37,491 bases of DNA, taken from contig CALMGJ010000019.1 of the NCBI GenBank assembly GCA_937863565.1, positions 1 to 37,491 on the forward strand, read 5' to 3'. This document shows, one piece after another, positions 1-11,460 of the stretch; position 1 is the first letter of the stretch, and the number at the start of each line of letters is the position of its first letter. A program made the translations under genes and the position numbers. Below the pieces are notes generated by a model. It was not told the origin of the DNA. It was given only the letters and a program-made list of their open reading frames with translations, and did not search any database. Source of the stretch: an uncultured bacterium. GTDB taxonomy: Bacteria; AUK180.

Positions 1-481
<481 letters not shown>

Positions 482-530
482 AAGGTTTTTTCGTCCCGAG
501 CCTTTCGCATTACATATTTTATTACCAAGG

Positions 531-604
531 GGGCCTCTAGCTCAGTTGGCAAGAGCGCGCGCCTGATAAGCGCGAGGTCAGTGGTTCAATTCCACTGAGG
601 CCCA
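531..604 (+). tRNA. tRNA-Ile (GAT)
   Basis: Acceptor GGGCCTC/GAGGCCC + discriminator A, anticodon GAT at 565-567, T-loop GGTTCAATTCC; CCA not encoded; usual ITS position. Confidence 0.98.
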
Positions 605-609
605 TTGTT

Positions 610-682
610 GGGGAATTAGCTCAGCTGGGAGAGCGACTGGTTTGCAACCAGTAGGTCACCGGTTCAAGTCCGGTATTCTCCA
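610..682 (+). tRNA. tRNA-Ala (TGC)
   Basis: Acceptor GGGGAAT/ATTCTCC with G3:U70 Ala identity pair, anticodon arm ACTGG-TTTGCAA-CCAGT (TGC 643-645), GGTTCAAGTCC; CCA not encoded. Confidence 0.98.
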
Positions 683-723
683 CTTGAACAATAATAGGAA
701 ATGATTTTTCATTTGGATATGAA

Positions 724-733
724 TGCTCTTTAA
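724..733 (+). promoter_or_regulatory. rRNA spacer antitermination boxA
   Basis: TGCTCTTTAA matches the boxA consensus TGCTCTTTAACA, just upstream of the 23S gene. Confidence 0.7.
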
Positions 734-746
734 TTATTAAATATAT

Positions 747-3713
<2,967 letters not shown>

Positions 3714-3743
3714 ATATTTTAATATATCGAAATATTTCGATTT

Positions 3744-3863
3744 ATCCCGGTGATCATGCAAAGGGGAAACACCTGTTCCCATTCCGAACACAGTAGTTAA
3801 GCCCTTTAGCGCTGATGGTACTGCCTGTCTCATCTGGGTGGGAGAGTAGGTCATCACCGGGAT
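3744..3863 (+). rRNA. rrf: 5S rRNA
   Basis: Terminal helix ATCCCGGTGAT/ATCACCGGGAT, CCCATTCCGAAC loop, GATGGTACTG and GGGAGAGTAGG motifs. Confidence 0.97.
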
Positions 3864-3909
3864 TTTTTTTTCATTTTTCACTTTTCACATAACTTTCCGT
3901 ATTATTCTC

Positions 3910-3938
3910 TTGACTAAAAATTAAAAATCGTATATAAG
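3910..3938 (+). promoter_or_regulatory. putative sigma70 promoter for the 3944 gene
   Basis: TTGACT (3910-3915), 17 nt, TATAAG (3933-3938); ATG 5 nt later. Confidence 0.55.
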
Positions 3939-3943
3939 AAATC

Positions 3944-4552
3944 ATGAAAAAATACTGGGTTTACATAATCGGCTTTGCCATATTCGTAGCCATCGTGATC
4001 ATCAGGATGGAATATGCGTTCATCTACGGTTTCTTCACTCTCATCGCCGTATCTTTCTTTCTTGAAAAGAAAAAGTTCTGGGCCTGGATACCCGCGCTTG
4101 CCGTTTCCTGGTTGTGGATCTACATCGCCACAGCAGTATGGAACGCGTATTACGGATATGACGATCTTAAATTCTATATCTTCGGAATAGCCGTATTCCC
4201 GATCGTGACCTGGCCTCTGGGCCTGATGGCGGGATACCTCATCGTAGTCCCTTTCATAAAGATCGAGAACCGCTTCAAGAAATGGATGATGATCTTTCTT
4301 ATCTATGCGGTGGGCTTGATACTTCTGGAATCCGTCGGGCACAATATCATCGGGCTTCATCTACACTATGGCAAACAGTTCCGCGGCTGGCCCGTCCTCA
4401 ACTGCTTCCATTCCCCCCCGTGGATGCAGATAGGATATTTCCTGAACGGATTTGTATTCTACGGTCTTACATCATTTTTAGAGAACACGAAGCTGACCGG
4501 GCCGTACGTGGTAGAGGCCGTAAAAGAACAAACGCCCGATATATCCGCGTAA
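3944..4552 (+). CDS. integral membrane protein of unknown function (about 6 TM)
   Basis: 202 aa, alternating hydrophobic segments; IFGIAVFPIVTW weakly recalls DUF422/lycopene-cyclase-type membrane domains. Confidence 0.75.
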   Translation: MKKYWVYIIGFAIFVAIVIIRMEYAFIYGFFTLIAVSFFLEKKKFWAWIPALAVSWLWIYIATAVWNAYYGYDDLKFYIFGIAVFPIVTWPLGLMAGYLIVVPFIKIENRFKKWMMIFLIYAVGLILLESVGHNIIGLHLHYGKQFRGWPVLNCFHSPPWMQIGYFLNGFVFYGLTSFLENTKLTGPYVVEAVKEQTPDISA

Positions 4553-4612
4553 ATCATATTGCATTCGCCAGTATTATTGATTTAAACCACGCATCTCCTC
4601 CCGCCTGATATA

Positions 4613-4630
4613 CGCGGGATATTTCCCGCG
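4613..4630. other. GC-rich hairpin (possible terminator or operator)
   Basis: CGCGGGA-TATT-TCCCGCG, 7-bp perfect stem between the membrane protein gene and the cyclase promoter; no U-tract. Confidence 0.4.
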
Positions 4631-4654
4631 AAATACAGCTATATTCCATTTCTG

Positions 4655-4683
4655 TTGATTTTTTTCAAAAAAAATAATATACT
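4655..4683 (+). promoter_or_regulatory. putative sigma70 promoter for the cyclase operon
   Basis: TTGATT (4655-4660), 17 nt, TATACT (4678-4683); ATG 6 nt later with no SD. Confidence 0.65.
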
Positions 4684-4689
4684 TCACAC

Positions 4690-7368
4690 ATGAAGAAATC
4701 AGAAACCCGAAAAATTATTGCTCTGGAAAGTTTTGTGCCCCGCAAACTCCTTGAACTCAAACCGGACATTCATTTCGATTCTTTCGCCGGCGCCTTCATG
4801 GTGACGGATATTTCCGGTTTTACGAGGATGAGCGAAGCCCTCACGAAGATCGGTCGCGAAGGTGCCGAGGAATTGACGAAGATGATCAATTTCTACTTCG
4901 TTTCCCTCATTGACAATATCTATGAGCACGGCGGCTATATTTACCGCTTCGGCGGCGATGCCATATATGCTGTATTCGAAGATAAAAAAGGCACTGCTAA
5001 ACAAGATGCGCTCAATTCGGCTGGCAGTATTCAAAAATTCATCAAGAAACATCCCACGATAAAAACGAGCCAGGGCATGGCTTTCGGCATCAGCGTTCAT
5101 ATATCCATCACGTACGGAAAACTCTTCTTCCAGGACCTTAACAATGACTTCTTCATCGGAGGAAAGGTCGGTTTCCATGCGATGAATATCCTTGAGCATG
5201 CCAAAGCCGGCGATATCGTGTGCGACAGCTCCTTCGGCAGCGTGAAATCCGCTGTTTTTGAGAAGATCAAACCCAATGCCTATTTATTGAAGAAGATAAA
5301 GATTGCCGAAAAAGCCTCCGGTGAGAAAATCCCAAAATCAAGCAGGGATCCCGAACCATACCTCCCGGAATGGCTCAGGGAAAGGATCGACCTTAAGCCG
5401 CTGTTCAATGAAAAGGACGGCGAACATAAAAAGGTCGCGATTGGGTTCATTCACATCAACGGGATCGATTTCGACAAAAACCTTCAGAAGGCAGGCGAAC
5501 GGCTCTTCTCTCTTCACGAATACATTCAAGGCATCCTCAAGGACTTCGGCGGCTGGATCAATAAAATAGATCTTTACAAGGACAGCATACGCTATGTGAT
5601 CCTGTTCGGATTCCCGTTCTCTCACGAGGACGATGAAGTGCGCTCGGTCATCGCGGCCTTGAAGATCCTGAAGAGCAATAAGCTCAAGAATGTGGGGGTC
5701 AAGATCGGCCTTAACACCGGTCTTGCTTTCGGTGTTCCCGTAGGCTCAGACAGAAGAAGGGAGTATACGGTCATGGGCGATACAGTGAACCTTGCGGCAA
5801 GGATAGCCGCGGCAGTCCCGTACAATTCCATGTGGGTCTCGAAGACCCTGAAAGAAAAGACCGAACGCGTGATCGAATACGGCAAAAAAGCGGAAAAATC
5901 ATTCAAGGGGAAAAAGGACAAGCACATTATATTCGAAGCCGTGTCCCAGCAAGCCGAGGGCAGCAGGGAATCGCTGATCTCCGAATGGGTCTCGCAGAGC
6001 GATAAGCTTGTAGGCAGGGACAAGGAGATAAAGACATTCCTGAAATCACGGGACATGGCCAAGGACGGAAAAACAAGGATCTTCGGTGTAATGGGTGAAG
6101 CCGGAGTTGGTAAATCGAGATTCTCTGAAGAAATATTCAAGCTCACCAAGGAGGATTTCAGCACATATCTGGGCAGCTGTATTTCCTACGGCACCTCCCT
6201 CTCGTATTACCCGTTCATCGAGATCATCAATAAGATCGCGGATATCCAGCGCGAAGATACTCAGGATAAAAAGAAAGAGAAAATATCGGCGCTGATGAAG
6301 AAAGTGAATAAAAAATATACTGACTTTCTACCCATCCTCGGCGAAGTGCTTGGTCTCGATTTCAAGGAGACGGAGATCTCCAAATATCTTGATTCTAAGA
6401 TGAAGAAGGAGAATTTCTTCATGATGGTCGGGGATATGATGAAGTATATCGCCTCGAAAAAACCCACTATGATCGTATTCGAGGACATACACTGGATCGA
6501 TTCGCTTTCGCTTGAGCTTCTTCAGTATCTGACAAGGAACATCAAGGATAAAAAACTTCTCTTCCTTATCCTGTTCCGCCCGATAGAGAAAAAATACGAA
6601 TTCATGGAATACGATAATTTCGTACTGATACATCTCAAAGAACTATCCAAAGAGGATACCATCGAGCTCGTTTACAATCTCCTCAGCGTGAAAAAGATGT
6701 CGGACGAGATAAAGAACCTCATCGTCACAAAGTCGCAGGGTAACCCGTTCTATGTTGAAGAGATCATTAAATCCATGGTTGAACAGAAGATCATCCTCAA
6801 GGAAGGTAAGCACTACACGTTCAACGAGAAGATCAAAAAGATCAATATCCCCGATAATGTCGAAGGCGTTATCGTGGGCAGAATAGACCGCCTTGACCTG
6901 AAGGAACGCGATGTTCTGCAGACGGCATCGGTGCTGGGAAGGGAATTCGATGAAGACATCCTGAGGGGTATCTATAAGAATAACGATATACTGGACAACT
7001 CGCTTTCCGTCCTGTACAAGCTCGATCTCATCCGTCTTGATGAATCATCTAAAAGGCCGAAGTACTTCTTCAAGCACATCCTCACGAAAGAGGTCGCCTA
7101 CGATACGATGTCGTTCCAGAAGAAAAGAGAACTTCACGAGATGGCCGGTTCTTTCATAGAGAAGAAATACAAGGCCGGCATCGAGGAATTCTTCGGCATC
7201 CTTTCCTATCACTACTATGAAGCGAAAAAGTACGAGAAAGCAATGGTCTTCTCCGTGAAAGCGGGTGAAAAGGCGAAGAATGTCTACGCGAACTATGAAG
7301 CAATAGATTTCTTCACAAGAGCGATAGAATCGTATAAGGAACTGGAAAGGATATCGAAGAAAAAATAG
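4690..7368 (+). CDS. class III adenylate cyclase (tandem C1/C2, soluble-AC-like) fused to STAND/AAA_16 NTPase
   Basis: C1 metal Asp motifs TDISGFT and RFGGDA; C2 NKID and EYTVMGDTVNLAARI; LVGRDKE, Walker A GEAGVGKS, Walker B IVFEDIHWID, GNPFY, RIDRL, FFKH winged helix; only the first TPR-like helices before the stop. Confidence 0.93.
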   Translation: MKKSETRKIIALESFVPRKLLELKPDIHFDSFAGAFMVTDISGFTRMSEALTKIGREGAEELTKMINFYFVSLIDNIYEHGGYIYRFGGDAIYAVFEDKKGTAKQDALNSAGSIQKFIKKHPTIKTSQGMAFGISVHISITYGKLFFQDLNNDFFIGGKVGFHAMNILEHAKAGDIVCDSSFGSVKSAVFEKIKPNAYLLKKIKIAEKASGEKIPKSSRDPEPYLPEWLRERIDLKPLFNEKDGEHKKVAIGFIHINGIDFDKNLQKAGERLFSLHEYIQGILKDFGGWINKIDLYKDSIRYVILFGFPFSHEDDEVRSVIAALKILKSNKLKNVGVKIGLNTGLAFGVPVGSDRRREYTVMGDTVNLAARIAAAVPYNSMWVSKTLKEKTERVIEYGKKAEKSFKGKKDKHIIFEAVSQQAEGSRESLISEWVSQSDKLVGRDKEIKTFLKSRDMAKDGKTRIFGVMGEAGVGKSRFSEEIFKLTKEDFSTYLGSCISYGTSLSYYPFIEIINKIADIQREDTQDKKKEKISALMKKVNKKYTDFLPILGEVLGLDFKETEISKYLDSKMKKENFFMMVGDMMKYIASKKPTMIVFEDIHWIDSLSLELLQYLTRNIKDKKLLFLILFRPIEKKYEFMEYDNFVLIHLKELSKEDTIELVYNLLSVKKMSDEIKNLIVTKSQGNPFYVEEIIKSMVEQKIILKEGKHYTFNEKIKKINIPDNVEGVIVGRIDRLDLKERDVLQTASVLGREFDEDILRGIYKNNDILDNSLSVLYKLDLIRLDESSKRPKYFFKHILTKEVAYDTMSFQKKRELHEMAGSFIEKKYKAGIEEFFGILSYHYYEAKKYEKAMVFSVKAGEKAKNVYANYEAIDFFTRAIESYKELERISKKK

Positions 7369-7493
7369 TCCCTCCCGTCCGCCGGAAAGGACCGTCCGCC
7401 GCGGACCTCAATTATAAGGCGCTCTATGACCGCGCGCTTCTTTATCTTCTTATAGGGAAAAGCGGTCCGGCGCTTGCCGACGCCCGGAACTTC

Positions 7494-8993
7494 ATGACGT
7501 ACGCGCAAAGGAAAAGTTCGCCATCGCGTATCGCTCGCGCCCACTATCTTAATGCCCAGATATTCACAACCCTCTCCCGTTTTTCGGAGGCGCTCGACCA
7601 TATTTCCCTGGCTTACGGGCACTATAAAGGAACCGGCGCACGCAATCAGATGAGCAATTGCCTTATATTGAAAGGCACCGTATTCATGAGAAGCGGTCAT
7701 CACGATGACGCATACCGGGAGTTCATGAAAGCGCTCTCGATGTTCCGCAGCATACGCGATCTCCACAATATAGCCGCGACATATTCGAATATCTCCGTTT
7801 ACTTCCACGAGAAGTGGCAAAATGAAAAAGCCGTGAAGCTCACCGAAAAGGCCCTTGCCTATTTCCGTAAAGTGAATAATAAAAAGGAGATCCAGACTTC
7901 CCTTAACAATCTGGGCACATACTTCCAATATCTGGGAAAGTTCGAAGAATCGCTGGCGCATTTTGAAAAAGCCCTTGCTATTTCCACGGAGATAATGGAC
8001 CTAAATGCGGAGCATAGCATCCACTGCAATCTGGGGAGCCTGCTGCTTAACCGCGCTCTTTACGGTAAAGCGGAACAGCAATTCAGGATCGCGCTTGAAC
8101 TCTCTAAAAGAACGGACAACGCCAATTCCGAGGCGATTGCATGCCAAAATATCGGCAATGTGCGTTTCTATCTTTCCGATTATACGGGCGCCTCCGGCTT
8201 CTTCACCCGCGCTGCGCGAATATTCGAGACACTGGGAAATATGAGCGAACTGGTCTCTGTATACTCGAATCTCGGCGCCGTAAAATTGATGATCGGAGAT
8301 ATGGCCGGAGCGGCGAAGTACCTGGAAAGATCTCTTGAACTCGCCCTGAAAAGCGGTCTGAAGAATTATGCCGCAAGTACGCTGAACAATCTTTCCTTTT
8401 GCGTATTCTATACAGGCGATATCAAAAAAAGCATTGATTGTCAAAAAAGAGCTGTAAAGATCAATGAAAGCATCGGGGACAGGGAATCTCTCGCCTTTAA
8501 TTATAATGCTTTATCCCAGTTCCTTCTTGATTCGGGATTTTGCGAAAAAGCCATCGGTTTCTCCGACCGGGCGCTGAGGATAGCAACGGAGCTCGGACTT
8601 CAGCATAATCTTATGAAGATCTATGTTCAGAGGGCGAGATATCATCTTGCAACGGGGAATATCCCAAAAGCAGAACAGGATGCCGGGACGGCTCTGGAGA
8701 TGGCCTCTAAATTGAATTCGGCCAAGGACAGAGGTATCGTTAACTGCGTTCTCGGTGAGATCCTCCTCTCGAAAGGGCGGCTGCAGGCGGCCATAAAGAG
8801 GTTAAAAGCATCTCTATCTTCCTTGAAAAAGGTGGGGGATAAATATCACCTGGCCAGAGCCTGCTATTTTATGTCCGCGGCGCTTGCGAAGGCCGGGAAC
8901 GGGACAGAGAGCTCCGGTTTCAGAAGAATGAGCAAAAACTTTTTCGGGGCCATAGGCGGCATGTTCTGGTTTAAAAAACTCAATGGACGATAA
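7494..8993 (+). CDS. TPR repeat protein 1 (reading frame open and coding-like from 7338; first ATG 7494)
   Basis: Repeated NLG..Y...G.Y..A...F.KAL motifs (SLNNLGTYFQYLGKFEESLAHFEKAL, YSNLGAVKLMIGDMAGAAKYLERSL). True start uncertain. Confidence 0.88.
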   Translation: MTYAQRKSSPSRIARAHYLNAQIFTTLSRFSEALDHISLAYGHYKGTGARNQMSNCLILKGTVFMRSGHHDDAYREFMKALSMFRSIRDLHNIAATYSNISVYFHEKWQNEKAVKLTEKALAYFRKVNNKKEIQTSLNNLGTYFQYLGKFEESLAHFEKALAISTEIMDLNAEHSIHCNLGSLLLNRALYGKAEQQFRIALELSKRTDNANSEAIACQNIGNVRFYLSDYTGASGFFTRAARIFETLGNMSELVSVYSNLGAVKLMIGDMAGAAKYLERSLELALKSGLKNYAASTLNNLSFCVFYTGDIKKSIDCQKRAVKINESIGDRESLAFNYNALSQFLLDSGFCEKAIGFSDRALRIATELGLQHNLMKIYVQRARYHLATGNIPKAEQDAGTALEMASKLNSAKDRGIVNCVLGEILLSKGRLQAAIKRLKASLSSLKKVGDKYHLARACYFMSAALAKAGNGTESSGFRRMSKNFFGAIGGMFWFKKLNGR

Positions 8994-10374
8994 GATCTTC
9001 AAATTGTTCATTGCCGCTCTCAAGAACAGGGCTGCCGTTTACGAATTTACCGGAAACTACAAGGCATGTGTTGCGGATATACGGACAGGGATAACCGCTT
9101 TAGAACGAAGGAAAAGGCTGGATCCGGACGCCGTGATGGGCCTGAAGACGGACCTTGCGGACATGGCTCTTCATATGGAAGGGAACGTAAAGAAAGCGGC
9201 ATCTATATTGAATGAGGCGGAAAAAACGGTCCCGGGGATCTCCGGAGAAGCGGCCGCGTACAAGGACAATATTCTGGGCATCATCAGATGGCAAGAGGGG
9301 AGATTCGATGAAGCGCTGGCCTGTCTGGGCCGGACGCTTTCCTTCTATAAGCGGCGGGGCGAGAAGTCCGGGATATCAAATACTCTAAATAATATGGCGA
9401 TGGTGAGCGAGAACAAAGGCGACATTAAAATGGCCGTGAAATATCTGCGCGCTGCCCTTGATATACAGAAAAAAGTCAAGAACAAAAGAGGGATCTGCGT
9501 GATGTCCGTCAATCTCGGCAACAACCTTGTCTCTCTCAACCGTTATGAAGAAGCGGAAGCATATTTCAACGAAGTGATAAGGATCAGCGGACGTATCGGA
9601 TTTAAAAGAGCCGAAGGCCTCGCATCAAATGCATTGGGAGGGATGTATTCCAATAAGGGCGACCTGAAGCGAGCTCTCTTTTATTATGAGAAAAGCCTTA
9701 AAGTGGCGGAGGAAACGGGCAGTGCCCAGCGTACGGGTATAGCATATAACAATATCGCCATCGTTCACACACAAACGGGGAGATATGAAAAAGCGCTCGA
9801 ATACTATAAGAAGAATCTCGAGATATCGGAGAAGCTCGAATCGGACAATATGAGATCGTATTCCTATATCAATCTGGCTTCGGCCTGTCTCGATATGAAC
9901 ATGACGAAGGAAGGCGCTTTCTATCTCGGTAAAGCGGCCGGCATCGTCAATGCAAGCGGTAATAAGGCTCAACTTGTCGATGTGCATACGACATATTCAG
10001 ATCTCCACATCCGCCGCCGCGAATTCGGAAAAGCGCTGAAGCGCGCCGTTATGGCCTTGGAACTCACCAATGAGATCGGGCTAGAGGAGAGACGGCCCTT
10101 CGTTCTTCGGAACCTCGGGCTCTGTCAACTCCGTTTCGATAGAATGAAGGCGGAGGAATGTTTCATCCGGTCGCTGAACGTCGCGCTGAAGGCGGGGATG
10201 CTCCTTGACTCGGCCTATGCCGGTTACGAACTGGGAAAAATGTATTCGTTAGACAAAAGAAAGAAAAGGCAGGCCGCGAAATATCTTCAAGATGCCCAAA
10301 GCATTTTTGAAAAGAATGGAATAAAAATACATTCAAAAGAGATAAAGGGCATCCTGAAAAAACTTAAGCGCTGA
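8983..10374 (+). CDS. TPR repeat protein 2
   Basis: TPR motifs (SNALGGMYSNKGDLKRALFYYEKSL, YNNIAIVHTQTGRYEKALEYYKKNL); 11-nt overlap with the upstream gene. Confidence 0.92.
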   Translation: MDDKIFKLFIAALKNRAAVYEFTGNYKACVADIRTGITALERRKRLDPDAVMGLKTDLADMALHMEGNVKKAASILNEAEKTVPGISGEAAAYKDNILGIIRWQEGRFDEALACLGRTLSFYKRRGEKSGISNTLNNMAMVSENKGDIKMAVKYLRAALDIQKKVKNKRGICVMSVNLGNNLVSLNRYEEAEAYFNEVIRISGRIGFKRAEGLASNALGGMYSNKGDLKRALFYYEKSLKVAEETGSAQRTGIAYNNIAIVHTQTGRYEKALEYYKKNLEISEKLESDNMRSYSYINLASACLDMNMTKEGAFYLGKAAGIVNASGNKAQLVDVHTTYSDLHIRRREFGKALKRAVMALELTNEIGLEERRPFVLRNLGLCQLRFDRMKAEECFIRSLNVALKAGMLLDSAYAGYELGKMYSLDKRKKRQAAKYLQDAQSIFEKNGIKIHSKEIKGILKKLKR

Positions 10375-10435
10375 TGCCCGCACCAGCCCACCGGACACAT
10401 TTATTGCAAAGGGCGGATCACGAAAATCATCCGTA

Positions 10436-10464
10436 TTGACTTTTGAAAACCGGAGTGCTATAAT
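10436..10464 (+). promoter_or_regulatory. near-consensus sigma70 promoter with extended -10
   Basis: TTGACT (10436-10441), 17 nt, TATAAT (10459-10464) preceded by TGC. Confidence 0.75.
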
Positions 10465-10471
10465 AACGCAA

Positions 10472-10618
10472 ATGAAGGAAGGGCTCTTCTCAAACACCGA
10501 ATTGAAAATGTTAGACATTGGCATAATTATTGCCAATCAATCAATGTCTTTCTTTTATAAGAAATATCTTCCTGTATTTATTGCTTTCCAAGAACAAATA
10601 CGCGAAAGTATTATATGA
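10472..10618 (+). CDS. possible leaderless small ORF, 48 aa
   Basis: ATG 7 nt after TATAAT; MKEGLFSNTELK...RESII; no recognisable family, may be untranslated leader. Confidence 0.25.
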   Translation: MKEGLFSNTELKMLDIGIIIANQSMSFFYKKYLPVFIAFQEQIRESII

Positions 10619-10662
10619 CGGCCCGGTTTAGCGGAACTCCTTTTGAAATGCTTTCACTCAGG

Positions 10663-10698
10663 GAAAGCCGTTCTTTCAAAGAAAGCTGTTCTTTCAAA
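10663..10698 (+). repeat. 18-bp tandem repeat, two copies
   Basis: GAAAGCCGTTCTTTCAAA then GAAAGCTGTTCTTTCAAA (17/18 identical), about 30 nt upstream of the 10728 start. Confidence 0.85.
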
Positions 10699-10727
10699 GA
10701 TCGCTCAAAAAACAAAAGGAGGTTAAA

Positions 10728-11444
10728 ATGAAAAGATATTTCAGATCGTTTGCTTTAGTTTTATGTGCTATGTTCATTGTCTTCTCGGGCTGCTCCGAAC
10801 AAGCTGAGATGCCGACAGTACCCGCAGAGGGAAAGATGACCATCATTTCGCCTGCATCAGAAGATCGTGAATGCTCGACTTGGACGGAAGAAGAATTGAA
10901 TGAATATGCAGAGAGCATCCTGTCGGGTAGGAAGGAAGATTGTGTGCAGATTAAAAAGCTGATACAAGAAGATAAATGTTTCCGCAAATGGTTCAATACA
11001 AAGGTTCATAATGCATTAGAAACAGGAGAGATTATCCCGACATATCACAAAGAATGGATAAGGACGAAAATAAGTAATTATCTTCCGGAGAAAAGCAATA
11101 AAGACGGTAATGAACATTGCTTCAATGGAGATCAAGAAAAACTTACTGATTGGGTAATCACAATTCTCAGACGCGGAAATGCAGATGAAATTATTAATAA
11201 GGCTGAAAATAATCCCTGCTTTATAAAATGGCTTTCAATGATATCGGACATTCCGTTAAATCCGTATTTTGGGGGCGGGATCACTAAAGTTACTCTTGAC
11301 GAAATCCCCCTAAATTGGTTGAAATGTCCCCTTGTATGCCCCGAAGGAACATATTGCGTTGCATATATTCTTATAGTATATTATGAAAACAGGGATCCCA
11401 TAAGAACAGAACCCTGGTATGCATGCGACCCGATTTATATTTAA
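10728..11444 (+). CDS. Cys-rich lipoprotein of unknown function
   Basis: SD AAGGAGG; signal peptide ending FSGC; nine further Cys; internal duplication. Confidence 0.8.
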   Translation: MKRYFRSFALVLCAMFIVFSGCSEQAEMPTVPAEGKMTIISPASEDRECSTWTEEELNEYAESILSGRKEDCVQIKKLIQEDKCFRKWFNTKVHNALETGEIIPTYHKEWIRTKISNYLPEKSNKDGNEHCFNGDQEKLTDWVITILRRGNADEIINKAENNPCFIKWLSMISDIPLNPYFGGGITKVTLDEIPLNWLKCPLVCPEGTYCVAYILIVYYENRDPIRTEPWYACDPIYI

Positions 11445-11460
11445 CCGGGAGGTCATCATT

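Noticed and set aside
8960-8995. Second frameshift at TTTAAAAAAC joining TPR1 and TPR2
   Set aside because: It would need a +1 shift; TPR2 has an ATG overlapping the TPR1 end, so translational coupling explains it.
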